From an uncultured Pirellulales bacterium (GTDB lineage Bacteria; Planctomycetota; Phycisphaerae; Sedimentisphaerales; Anaerobacaceae), in NCBI GenBank assembly GCA_964434085.1, contig CAYSTP010000002.1:1-41021 (forward strand): 41,021 nucleotides of DNA, read 5' to 3'. Below the pieces are notes generated by a model. The model ran no database searches and was not told the origin of the DNA. It saw only the letters and a program-made list of their open reading frames with translations. Shown here piece by piece: positions 32,150 through 40,542 of this stretch (the stretch's first letter is position 1; each line of letters starts with the position of its first letter). Both the position numbers and the translations under genes were made by a program.

Positions 32150-33139
32150 TTACATCAGCGGTTCGACGGTTCCGTTGTTTTTCACTTTTGCATAGATTAT
32201 TCGGGGTGTATCCTTTATTTGCATCCGCACCTTTATGTAATCACCCTCCCTGCCGTCCTCCATCGCTTTGCCGACCGCGGTGAGAGACAAGCCAGGCCGC
32301 TCAAAAACCACCGCCACATGCCTGTTCCTTTTGACCAGGACCTCTCGCTGCACCGGTCCAACCATCCCCGGCGTAACCAGGCTGTTTGCTGCGATAGGCC
32401 GCCTGGCCGCCATCCCGTACGGCACCTGCCAATCCAACGGCTCTGCTACGGATGAAATCTTCTGCGTGACCTCGACATTGTCTTTGGTGATGATTTCGCC
32501 CGGTGCTATGTCCCTCAGCGCAACAGCCTGCCGGCAGAAGTAATTCAGACGAAATCCAACTTCGCGTACACCCGCGTTTGTGCCGTCGGCAATAATCGCA
32601 ATATTTACCTTCATCCTGTTGCGAGAGCCGCCTGCAGCCAGGCTCGGCTGCAAATCGATTATTTTTGCCTCGACCGGCAGGACAAAATCGTCGACACTGC
32701 CAATCGTCTCATGCCGACAGACTGACTTGTCCGGAAAGTTCTTTTTAAGGAAGGACTCAGCCTCTTCTGTGATTTTGTCCGCCCGGATTATTTGTCTGCG
32801 CTGAGCAACTACGACCTTTTGGGCTCCGGTGATTTCAATATCGGCGGCCTCAAACCCACTGCCTGTAAGTCTGCCGAGTATCATGGCCCTGCTTATAACC
32901 ATCTCCTGCGACGGCGCGGACAGCCTGCCAAGATTGATTGCCTCGGCCTTTTCAATAACGTCTGATTGACCCCTGACAACGGTTACATCACCGAGTGTAA
33001 CCTTCTGGTCTGCCACCCGTGCTTGTCTGGGAAGATATATCCTCAACAGAGGTTCGGGGGCCCCTTCGGCATTGGAAACCGCATTCAGTACTACAAACAG
33101 AATCAATCCCAAAATCCTGATTTTCCGCTTAGTCTTCAT
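32150..33139 (-). CDS. flgA: P-ring assembly chaperone FlgA (longer than usual, 329 aa)
   Basis: Signal peptide. C-terminal VLVKRNRHVAVVFERPGLSLTAVGKAMEDGREGDYIKVRMQIKDTPRIIYAKVKNNGTVE matches the FlgA C-domain. It lies between flgG and flgH. Confidence 0.75.
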   Translation of the reverse strand: MKTKRKIRILGLILFVVLNAVSNAEGAPEPLLRIYLPRQARVADQKVTLGDVTVVRGQSDVIEKAEAINLGRLSAPSQEMVISRAMILGRLTGSGFEAADIEITGAQKVVVAQRRQIIRADKITEEAESFLKKNFPDKSVCRHETIGSVDDFVLPVEAKIIDLQPSLAAGGSRNRMKVNIAIIADGTNAGVREVGFRLNYFCRQAVALRDIAPGEIITKDNVEVTQKISSVAEPLDWQVPYGMAARRPIAANSLVTPGMVGPVQREVLVKRNRHVAVVFERPGLSLTAVGKAMEDGREGDYIKVRMQIKDTPRIIYAKVKNNGTVEPLM

Positions 33140-33144
33140 AATAG

Positions 33145-33930
33145 TTATCTGGCAATTTCATTAGCAGTTCTAAGCATATCGTCCCCGGCTTTTATTGCCC
33201 GGGAGTTAATCTCGTAGGCCCTTTGAGCCGTAATCAGATTTACCAGCTCCATCACCATCTGTACGTTTGATTTTTCGAGAAAGCCCGACTGAATTGAGCC
33301 GAAACCGTTCTGCCCCGGCGTGCCGGTGACCGGTGTTCCGCTGGCCTCGGTCTCGGCAAGAAGGTTGTCTCCCTCACTGCTCAGGCCCGCCGGGTTCAGA
33401 AAACGAGCCAATTGAATTGTCCCTGCCACAGAAGTGGTACCCGTAGAATTGGTGACATTAACTGTGCCGTCCTTGCCTATATCGATTGTCACCGCATCGG
33501 TCGGGATAGATATTGCAGGCTCAAGAAGAAAACCCGTGCCGGTGACCAGGTTGCCGTTTGCGTTAATCGTAAGCGCTCCGTCTCGTGTATACTTCGTACC
33601 GCCGTCCGGCATGCTGACCTGCAGGAACCCCCCGCCGGTAATCGCTATATCAAGCGGGCGGTTGGTGTTCTGCAGCTCGCCGGAAGTATAGACTTTCACA
33701 GTCGAGGCCGCCCGGACGCCGCTGCCAATCTCAAGACCGCTGGGCGAGGTAAGGCCTGCAACCACCTCCGCGCCGGATTCTTTAAGCTTTACATAAAGCA
33801 AATCCTGGAAGTCTATCTGGCTGCGCTTGAAACCATTCGTGTTGATATTGGCGAGATTATTGGCAATGATGTCAATATTCATCTGTTGTGCCGTCATGCC
33901 CGTCGCCGCTGTTGAAAATGCCCTTAGCAT
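33145..33930 (-). CDS. flgG: Flagellar distal rod protein FlgG
   Basis: MLRAFSTAATGMTAQQMNIDIIANNLANINTNGFKRS N-terminus. C-terminus GFLEKSNVQMVMELVNLITAQRAYEINSRAIKAGDDML. Confidence 0.93.
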   Translation of the reverse strand: MLRAFSTAATGMTAQQMNIDIIANNLANINTNGFKRSQIDFQDLLYVKLKESGAEVVAGLTSPSGLEIGSGVRAASTVKVYTSGELQNTNRPLDIAITGGGFLQVSMPDGGTKYTRDGALTINANGNLVTGTGFLLEPAISIPTDAVTIDIGKDGTVNVTNSTGTTSVAGTIQLARFLNPAGLSSEGDNLLAETEASGTPVTGTPGQNGFGSIQSGFLEKSNVQMVMELVNLITAQRAYEINSRAIKAGDDMLRTANEIAR

Positions 33931-33957
33931 AACTCGATACTCCTTACTATTTCGCCA

Positions 33958-34692
33958 TCAGCCCATCGCCACGTTCATAAGACTGTTCGAAGCCTCTTTA
34001 TTGGCTGTTATGAACTTCATATTAGCCTCATAAAGCCGCGAGACCGTAATCATACTTACTAATTCATCCACCATCTTGACATTTGAAGACTCAAGGTATC
34101 CCTGCCGCACAGTAACATCCTCTGCTTTCCTCGGCTCAACGTCTTCGGGCGCCTTAAAGCAACTGTTGCCGGTCGGAAGAATCTCGCCTTCGCCCTCGCC
34201 AAAATCAACGAGCCTGAATTTCCCAAGCTCCTGTCCATTGGCGCTGACCGTACCGTCATTTGAAATGTTGACCTGCGAGATAGGGGTATCAGCTCCAATA
34301 GTAACAGGACCAGCCTCGCCTGCAATCACCCTGCCGATTGAATCTACAATTTGCCCGTTCTGGTTGACCTTGAAGCTGCCGTTTCTCGTGTACAGAGGTC
34401 CCTCCGGCGTTTCAACTACGAAAAAGCCCTTTCCATAAAGAGCTGCATCGAGCGACCGCCCTGTTTCTATGAAGCTAAGGCCCTGAGAAAAATCAAGAGA
34501 TAGATTCAGCTCGGCCTCGCTGCTGTCCACAGCAGCACCGCTCTGCTGAGCCTCGAGTGCCTTTGAAAAAGAAGTCACTATGCGCTTATAGCCCACAGTG
34601 TTGACGTTGGCAAGGTTATGTGCGACCGCGTTGAACTCTTGCTCCAGCGAAGTTACGCTGGATGTGACCTGTGAGTTTATATCTATCGACAT
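33958..34692 (-). CDS. flgF: Flagellar proximal rod protein FlgF
   Basis: LEQEFNAVAHNLANVNTVGYKR and the C-terminal GYLESSNVKMVDELVSMITVSRLYEANMKFI. 244 aa, directly upstream of flgG. Confidence 0.85.
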   Translation of the reverse strand: MSIDINSQVTSSVTSLEQEFNAVAHNLANVNTVGYKRIVTSFSKALEAQQSGAAVDSSEAELNLSLDFSQGLSFIETGRSLDAALYGKGFFVVETPEGPLYTRNGSFKVNQNGQIVDSIGRVIAGEAGPVTIGADTPISQVNISNDGTVSANGQELGKFRLVDFGEGEGEILPTGNSCFKAPEDVEPRKAEDVTVRQGYLESSNVKMVDELVSMITVSRLYEANMKFITANKEASNSLMNVAMG

Positions 34693-34706
34693 TCGGAACT
34701 CCCTGC

Positions 34707-34744
34707 GGGTCCCTCAAACGCGACATTTTGCGTTTGGGGAGCCC
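34707..34744. repeat. GC-clamped palindromic repeat, family 1, copy 2
   Basis: GGGTCCCTCAAACGCGACATTTTGCGTTTGGGGAGCCC. Same orientation as copy 1. It fills the gap between the PilZ-gene stop (34745) and the flgF start (34692). Confidence 0.8.
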
Positions 34745-36010
34745 TTATACTGTCATGGCAGCCTCTGCGCTCTGCTTCGATGTCTGTTCCTGCCTGCCAT
34801 CGTGTCCATTAGCTTCCACCGCTGCAACATTTGTCGCGCGAGTTAGCCCATTGATATCGGCGTCGCTCAGGCCCGTCAGCTCAACAGCAATTGAAAACCC
34901 GTTTTCAATCACCTTAACATGCCTGACTTCACCGATACCTTCTGCTATCCTGACTGCCGGCTCGTCGGGTGGTTGGTCGCGATGCACTTCGTGCTTCTGC
35001 TGTGATTCAAGTTCAAATACTACGGCGACCCGCTGGCCTATTTTCAGTTCCAGCGACGACTCAATCCTCAAACCCGGCCCGGCCAATTCCGTCAAAACCG
35101 CTGGTGTAAACTGCGGCAGCGCGAGCCGCGACTCAAACGCGCCGGCCTGTGGTAACGAACCTGCGGCGCTGTCGGCAAAAATCTGCTTTTCGAAAGGAAA
35201 CGACGCTATGTATGCCTTCCTATTAACCGGCACACGCAGAAAACGCCGCCGATTGATAAAGCGAATATCATCACTGTGTCCTAAAACCAAAATGTCCCCG
35301 TCATTGCTGATTACGGAGACGTCAAACTCCCACACCGACGCACCATAAAAGTATCGCACCTGCCATTGCTCATTCGGCGGGCTGTTTACTTCCATGGGCA
35401 GTTTGACGACAATCCCCTCATCTGAGTTCCTGACTACTATCGCCTCAATATCATCCACGTCTCGATTTGTTCGCCGCGTAATATAGATAGTCTTACCCTC
35501 CGGTATTGTCCTGCTGTCCGGTTTGGACCTCGGTGCCGCACCACCGGCGGAATCGAAACGTTCCTGAAACCCGAGTTTTTCTCGAAGCCAGTTCAGCTCT
35601 TTTGTCAACTGCTTTATGCGCTCGGCGTTCATACCGGACGAAGGCGCTTCCCGGACCAGCTTCTGTGCACCGAGGTCAAATGCCTTTCTCATCGTGAATA
35701 TGGTGCTGTGGTCTTTAAGACCCGCCAGCTTCACCACGTAAAGGAGAATGCGAATCTCTCGCTCGCTGAGTCCCCTTCTGTGTGCCTGCTCGACAAAATT
35801 GTCACCACTGTCTTCTTCGCGTCTGGCCTTGCGCTTGAAAAAGAAAAGCACGTATGTCACAACTAATACCAACAGCGCGACCGCACCGACTATATATATC
35901 CATTGGTGCGTTGTAAGGGCATTGTCGAGCCGCCTTGCTGCTCGCCACCGCTCCGCCGGAGTCAAAGCCAGAACAAAGAAGTCACCTATTGTCGCGCAAA
36001 TGGCAGGCAT
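34745..36010 (-). CDS. Membrane-anchored PilZ-domain protein (YcgR-like flagellar brake architecture)
   Basis: N-terminal TM helix (WIYIVGAVALLVLVVTYVLFFF) followed by a beta-rich YcgR-N-like segment. PilZ motif RRRFLRV (RxxxR) is followed about 50 aa later by ELAGPG, a degenerate [DN]xSxxG. It sits between flgE and flgF. Confidence 0.6.
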   Translation of the reverse strand: MPAICATIGDFFVLALTPAERWRAARRLDNALTTHQWIYIVGAVALLVLVVTYVLFFFKRKARREEDSGDNFVEQAHRRGLSEREIRILLYVVKLAGLKDHSTIFTMRKAFDLGAQKLVREAPSSGMNAERIKQLTKELNWLREKLGFQERFDSAGGAAPRSKPDSRTIPEGKTIYITRRTNRDVDDIEAIVVRNSDEGIVVKLPMEVNSPPNEQWQVRYFYGASVWEFDVSVISNDGDILVLGHSDDIRFINRRRFLRVPVNRKAYIASFPFEKQIFADSAAGSLPQAGAFESRLALPQFTPAVLTELAGPGLRIESSLELKIGQRVAVVFELESQQKHEVHRDQPPDEPAVRIAEGIGEVRHVKVIENGFSIAVELTGLSDADINGLTRATNVAAVEANGHDGRQEQTSKQSAEAAMTV

Positions 36011-36027
36011 ATTATTCCATTTTACTT

Positions 36028-36066
36028 GGGTTCCCCAAACGCTACTTATCGCGTTTGGGGGCCCCC
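36028..36066. repeat. GC-clamped palindromic repeat, family 1, copy 3 (inverted relative to copies 1 and 2)
   Basis: The plus strand reads GGGTTCCCCAAACGCTACTTATCGCGTTTGGGGGCCCCC. Its reverse complement GGGGGCCCCCAAACGCGATAAGTAGCGTTTGGGGAACCC aligns with copy 1. It lies in the gap between the flgE stop (36070) and the PilZ-gene start (36010). Confidence 0.8.
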
Positions 36067-36069
36067 TTA

Positions 36070-37755
36070 TTATCTTATCAGGTTCGACAGCTCGCTGAGA
36101 ATGTCGTTGGCCACCTTGATAGTCCTTGCGTTGGCCTGGAAACCGCTTTGGGCCTGAATCATGTTGACGAATTCTCCTGCAACATCGGCATTCGACTTCT
36201 CAAGCGAGCCGCCATGAATGGTGCCGGCGCCACCTATCAGCGCCTGAGTAGCAACTGCACTGCCGGAGTTAGCCGAGGGTATATAGTAACCGTTACCGAT
36301 ATTCTCCATACCTTGCGGGTTCTGGAACAAAGCTATCTGCAAAACAGCCAGGTTCTTTTTGATACCATTTGAAAAAGCCCCTATTAGAACGCCAGCGGAA
36401 TCAACCGATACAGAACTGAGCTTGCCGGATTCATAGCCGTCTTGCTCTTTGGCAACGGCGGTGGAATTGCCTGAAAACTGCGTCAGGCCGTCCCATTTGC
36501 CTGTTGTGCCCATATCAAGTTCAATGGTTTGCTCGGTTGCAGGGTCATATCCCCACGTTATTCCGAATTCCGGCGTGCCGGTCACACTATCAAATGCTCC
36601 ATTTGTGTCGAAGGCAATGCCGTTGACTCTCCGCTCATCCATATCTATCGTTTCAACGTCGCCCGAAACCGAGCAAAGCAGAAAGTCCCATTCGTTCGTC
36701 GTATCTGTCCTGACAAACGCCCCGCTGAATGCATGCTTGCCGCCGAGCGAATCAAAAATCGTTATGTTGACGTTCTTGATTTCATCTCCGCCAATTGTCA
36801 GTATTTCAAAGTACGCGGGAGTCTCCAGCGTCGAATCGCCGCCTCCGGTATCCGCATAAGACAAGGCCAAATCAGTATAGCTGGCGCCTGTTTGCGTATC
36901 CATAACACGAATCTGACCGTTTACCAGAGACGCTGTGGCGCCTGTCGTTGAAGCCCCAAAGCAGTTGACGGTGTTAAGTTCGTCAATCAGGTTCTGCAGC
37001 GTGGTGGTTTCATCGATACTGAAAGTATGGTTGAACATCGCTCCGCCCTCGGGCAGGTAACCGTCAATCGTAATATCACCGTTGAACGCTCCTGCGCTCG
37101 AGCTGAACTGGTCCAAATCACCAATCAGCGTGGTTCCGGTCGCCAATGTACCGCCTAAGGTTGTATAGATTGTGTTGGAGCCGACTTTCTGGGCCTGAGG
37201 AGAATCCAGGACCGCATCGGCACTGAGGTTACCTGCTACCGTCATCGAGGTAGTGGCCCGGGCGGGCATAGCCACATCGTACGGCACACGAACATCACTA
37301 TCTCCGACAATCTGGAATCCGTCCGTTTCGCCGACCGAACCTATCCTCTGAACTCGATAACCCGTAGCAGGGTCCACAAGGTAGGTATCTGCATCAACAC
37401 TGAAGGCCCCTGCACGAGTATAAAGGTCCTGTTCACCGTCATTGACCACAAAATAACCCTCTCCTTCCAATGCCAAATCCAGTGGGTTGCCCGTATTAAC
37501 AATGTTGCCCTGTGCCATGTTCGGGCTAATACCCGCAATCCCGACTCCGCTGCCCATTTGTTGCGGGTTAGTACCGCCTACGTTCGTCGTCGGCTGAGAA
37601 GCTTTCTTTACTGTCTCAGCCAGAAGCTCCGAAAAGATTATCCGGCTGGCCTTAAAGGCGGTGGTATTGATATTTGCAAGATTGTGCCCGGCGATATCGA
37701 GCATCTTTTGATGGGCCTGCAACCCGGTGACCCCAGCGCTTAGTGCGAAACTCAT
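36070..37755 (-). CDS. flgE: Flagellar hook protein FlgE (large, 561 aa)
   Basis: MSFALSAGVTGLQAHQKMLDIAGHNLANINTTAFKAS N-terminus. C-terminus GSLEKSNADVAGEFVNMIQAQSGFQANARTIKVANDIL. Confidence 0.92.
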   Translation of the reverse strand: MSFALSAGVTGLQAHQKMLDIAGHNLANINTTAFKASRIIFSELLAETVKKASQPTTNVGGTNPQQMGSGVGIAGISPNMAQGNIVNTGNPLDLALEGEGYFVVNDGEQDLYTRAGAFSVDADTYLVDPATGYRVQRIGSVGETDGFQIVGDSDVRVPYDVAMPARATTSMTVAGNLSADAVLDSPQAQKVGSNTIYTTLGGTLATGTTLIGDLDQFSSSAGAFNGDITIDGYLPEGGAMFNHTFSIDETTTLQNLIDELNTVNCFGASTTGATASLVNGQIRVMDTQTGASYTDLALSYADTGGGDSTLETPAYFEILTIGGDEIKNVNITIFDSLGGKHAFSGAFVRTDTTNEWDFLLCSVSGDVETIDMDERRVNGIAFDTNGAFDSVTGTPEFGITWGYDPATEQTIELDMGTTGKWDGLTQFSGNSTAVAKEQDGYESGKLSSVSVDSAGVLIGAFSNGIKKNLAVLQIALFQNPQGMENIGNGYYIPSANSGSAVATQALIGGAGTIHGGSLEKSNADVAGEFVNMIQAQSGFQANARTIKVANDILSELSNLIR

Positions 37756-37797
37756 TTCTGTTTCTCCTTAAACAGCCCAAACCCAATCCGACCATTT

Positions 37798-38220
37798 TCA
37801 ATTTTCTACAAGAACAACGGCACCCAAACTTAAAGTGTAATCCTCGACCTCGTCACCCTCGCCGACTTTAACTCCTAAAAGTGTTTCACCCGTATCAGGG
37901 TCATTGAAAGCTGATTCAACCACTCCTTTCAATTTAGTCAATTGACCCGTCTGCTCGCCATCAGCAAAGAATGTCACTATCTTTCCGATAAGAGAATTTG
38001 CATAGCTGCGGTTAGTCGCTGCAAGTATTCTCTCAAAACTTGAGTTGAGCGCACCGAGGCTTGTATTAGCCTCTTCCAGCTGCTGCAGCTGAGAGAACTG
38101 TGTGAGCTGTGAAGCCATATCATTACTGTCAAGCGGCTCAAGTGGATTCTGATTCTTCAGTTGCTCCACAAGGAGCTTCATGTAATCCATCTGAATTTCA
38201 CTGGCCGTCGTTATTTGCAT
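37798..38220 (-). CDS. flgD: Flagellar hook capping/assembly protein FlgD
   Basis: DYMKLLVEQLKNQNPLEPLDSNDMASQLTQFSQLQQLE is the FlgD N-terminal signature. I placed the start at ATG 38220, with AAGGA 7 nt upstream. The longer TTG start (38253) would lie only about 10 nt from the predicted sigma-54 transcription start. Confidence 0.88.
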   Translation of the reverse strand: MQITTASEIQMDYMKLLVEQLKNQNPLEPLDSNDMASQLTQFSQLQQLEEANTSLGALNSSFERILAATNRSYANSLIGKIVTFFADGEQTGQLTKLKGVVESAFNDPDTGETLLGVKVGEGDEVEDYTLSLGAVVLVEN

Positions 38221-38274
38221 ATCCGAATCCTTATAACTTTCACCGCCTGGCAATACAGCACCTAAGACTTAAGA

Positions 38275-38289
38275 GCAACCGCCGTGCCA
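38275..38289 (-). promoter_or_regulatory. Sigma-54 (-24/-12) promoter of the flgD-flgE... operon
   Basis: The minus strand reads TGGCAC-GGCGG-TTGCT, a full match to TGGCAC-N5-TTGCW. It lies 55 nt upstream of the flgD ATG and is divergent from the sigma-54 activator gene. Confidence 0.7.
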
Positions 38290-38733
38290 GAGAAGCTTTT
38301 CTCTGTTGCAGAACCGCTGTTAACTCCTTGCATTAACAGAAGTTAAACAAAGTAACAAAATCTAATCACCAACCTGAAGATGCTTCCTGGCCGAACAAAT
38401 ATTCCGGCCGACCAGAAGATTCTTCCGCATGGAGAACATGCGATTCCCTGGAAACCTAATGCGCTTCGATAATCACAATCGCGCGATGCCGCGTATTTAA
38501 AGCAGTCAAAACATCAGGTCCTATAAAACTCGATACATTTGTCTAACTATATGGACAAGTAACCGGTCCGATAAGCAACGAAACAAATATAATGTATTTT
38601 GAAAACACAAGAGGAGGTGACATTTACAACTCGTCCCATAAAAAATTAAAGTCAGCCTTTGCTTGTGTCGATTTATTGGACATCCCTATTATGCGGGTTG
38701 CGTTCAACAAGGAAGGAATTACTAAGGTTACAT

Positions 38734-38761
38734 CCCATTTTGCCTCTGTTTGCAAAATAGG
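38734..38761. repeat. Palindromic repeat, family 2, copy d (leader of the activator gene)
   Basis: CCCATTTTGC-ctctgttt-GCAAAATAGG. It ends 12 nt before the ATG at 38774, and its 3' arm overlaps the only SD-like AGGA. Confidence 0.65.
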
Positions 38762-38773
38762 ACTCAGACACGC

Positions 38774-40204
38774 ATGACATTAAACATCATCCTTGCCGTA
38801 AGCAGACAACCCCGGTTACAGAAGATAGCAGGCCGACTCGCAAAAAAACTGTTGATTGCCGACGACCCGGCAGAAGCGTTTGCTCTCGTAGTTGGCTGCG
38901 GCTGTGACCTTGCCCTGTTCGACGATGTTTTTACGCCCGCTGATGTCGGACATTTCATAAATACGACCGATAATCATCATCTCAATATTCCGGTTATGGT
39001 TGTCAGCGCTCAGGACAAGCAAACTTATTTGGAACAGGAATTCGTCTCGGCCGGTGCAATCAGCTACCTTTGCGGCAAAACCGAACCGGACCGGCTTGAG
39101 AAAATTATTAGCGACTTGCTCAATTGTCCCGCCAAAGAGAAACCTTCAAATAAGCAATTGCGGTACTTCATAGATGAGCTTGCTGCTTCAACATCGCTGG
39201 CCGGAAAAAGTGACGCAATACAGCATGCACTGAAGATGACGCGCTTAGTGGGCTCAAGCCAATGTAACCCCATACTGGTCATCGGTGAAACCGGGACCGG
39301 CAAGGAGCTCATAGCGCGAGCGATACACAGCATCAGGCGTCCTGACGAACCTTTCGTTGCTGTCAACTGCGCTGCGCTGACGGCTACTCTGCTCGAAAGT
39401 GAGCTCTTCGGACATGTCAAGGGCTCTTTCACCGGAGCGGACAAAGAAAAGACCGGCCTGCTGGAACTGGCGGGAAAGGGCACAGTTTTTCTGGATGAAA
39501 TATCAGAAATGCCTCTGGAGCTTCAGGCAAAGCTGCTTCGCATCCTGCAGGAAAAGACCTTCAGAAAGGTCGGAGGGACAAAGGCAATCACCTGCAACGC
39601 CACCATCGTCACTTCCAGCAACCGCAATCTGCTCAGAGAAGTACAGGAAAAAAGATTCCGGCAGGACCTTTATTACCGTCTGAACATATGTCCGATAAAA
39701 TTGTCGCCCTTACGCCATGAACGACGAAAGCAGGACATTCGGCTGCTTGCCGAATACCTGCTCAACAACTCGATGGTCTGGCCTCAAAAGAGTAAAGGCA
39801 TCAAATCTCTGACGCCCCTGGCGCTCGAAGCCCTGGAAAAACACGACTGGCCGGGAAATGTACGCGAGCTAAAGAATGTTATCGACCGGGCGATTCTGCT
39901 CGAAAACACAGACAGAATCGGCTTAAGCAGCATCGTGGTTGAGCAAGCCGAAGACGCCACATCTTTAAGCGAAGCAAGCCGCAATCAGGTCAACGACTTT
40001 TCCATCGCCGCAGCCGAACGGCATCTCATCGCCCGGGCCTTGAGAGAAACGGGATGGCAGAAAACAAAAGCTGCGGCTCTGTTAGGCATTACCAGAGCCA
40101 CCCTGTATGCCAAAGTAAAGCAATACAATATCGCAGATACCCCGAACAAACTCCGACATAAAGCACACGAGACTATCGAGCCCGAGCCGGTTACAGCTCG
40201 GTAA
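38774..40204 (+). CDS. Sigma-54-dependent transcriptional activator (bEBP; FleQ/FlrA/FlbD-like) with atypical receiver-like N-domain
   Basis: AAA+ core: [19 protein letters not shown] (Walker A), [15 protein letters not shown] (GAFTGA loop variant), TVFLDEI (Walker B). C-terminal Fis-type [25 protein letters not shown]. The N-domain lacks the acidic DD pair of phosphorylatable receivers ([10 protein letters not shown]). I placed the start at ATG 38774; the maximal ORF starts at 38750. Confidence 0.9.
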   Translation: MTLNIILAVSRQPRLQKIAGRLAKKLLIADDPAEAFALVVGCGCDLALFDDVFTPADVGHFINTTDNHHLNIPVMVVSAQDKQTYLEQEFVSAGAISYLCGKTEPDRLEKIISDLLNCPAKEKPSNKQLRYFIDELAASTSLAGKSDAIQHALKMTRLVGSSQCNPILVIGETGTGKELIARAIHSIRRPDEPFVAVNCAALTATLLESELFGHVKGSFTGADKEKTGLLELAGKGTVFLDEISEMPLELQAKLLRILQEKTFRKVGGTKAITCNATIVTSSNRNLLREVQEKRFRQDLYYRLNICPIKLSPLRHERRKQDIRLLAEYLLNNSMVWPQKSKGIKSLTPLALEALEKHDWPGNVRELKNVIDRAILLENTDRIGLSSIVVEQAEDATSLSEASRNQVNDFSIAAAERHLIARALRETGWQKTKAAALLGITRATLYAKVKQYNIADTPNKLRHKAHETIEPEPVTAR

Positions 40205-40366
40205 TCTTCACCACCACAATCGTCAGAAAATCTGGCGAATCGTATAGATTCTACACAGTATGGCTGACGCCACTGACACATCTCCCTGCCTTGTTGATGC
40301 TCATTGCTGATTCTTTTTCGCTGTTAAGGCTTTGAAAACCGCACATATTTATTCACGCCGCTCCTC

Positions 40367-40381
40367 TGGCACGGGTGTTGC
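40367..40381 (+). promoter_or_regulatory. Sigma-54 (-24/-12) promoter downstream of the activator gene
   Basis: TGGCAC-GGGTG-TTGCT, a full match to TGGCAC-N5-TTGCW. It lies 162 nt after the activator stop and about 160 nt before the next plus-strand ORF. Confidence 0.7.
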
Positions 40382-40412
40382 TGTATGTATTTCAACGGCT
40401 GACAAGTGCGCT

Positions 40413-40451
40413 GGGACCCCATTGTGCGCTTTTTCGCAAAATGGGAACCCC
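40413..40451. repeat. GC-clamped palindromic repeat, family 2, copy a
   Basis: GGGACCCCATTGTGCG-ctttt-TCGCAAAATGGGAACCCC. It begins about 20 nt downstream of the predicted sigma-54 transcription start. Confidence 0.75.
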
Positions 40452-40490
40452 TCCACCTTGCCTTCGGGTAAAGGTGTGTTCGAAATTATA

Positions 40491-40518
40491 GGGCCCCCGT
40501 TTTGCAAAATGGGAACCC
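40491..40518. repeat. GC-clamped palindromic repeat, family 2, copy b (short form)
   Basis: GGGCCCCCGTTTTGCAAAATGGGAACCC. It shares the 15-mer GCAAAATGGGAACCC with copies a and c. Confidence 0.75.
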
Positions 40519-40542
40519 ATATAGATACAAAGGCTCCTTACA

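Noticed and set aside
35132-35141. CTCAAACGCG, a 10-mer identical to the family-1 repeat 5' arm, inside the PilZ gene
   Set aside because: There is no matching 3' arm or GC clamps nearby. A single 10-mer match in 41 kb is compatible with chance.
38548-38574. TCCGATAA (38567-38574) as a sigma-28 -10 box upstream of the activator gene; also a sigma-70-like TTGTGT-N18-TATTAT at 38663-38692
   Set aside because: The -35 partner for the sigma-28 box (TATATGGA) is a poor match. The sigma-70-like pair has a weak -35 and a long spacer. Neither is distinguishable from chance in an AT-rich 520-nt region.
38592-38777. 61-aa ORF in the flgD/activator divergent intergenic region
   Set aside because: It has no RBS, no recognisable features and atypical composition. 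It overlaps the repeat and the start of the activator gene, so it is most likely non-coding regulatory DNA.
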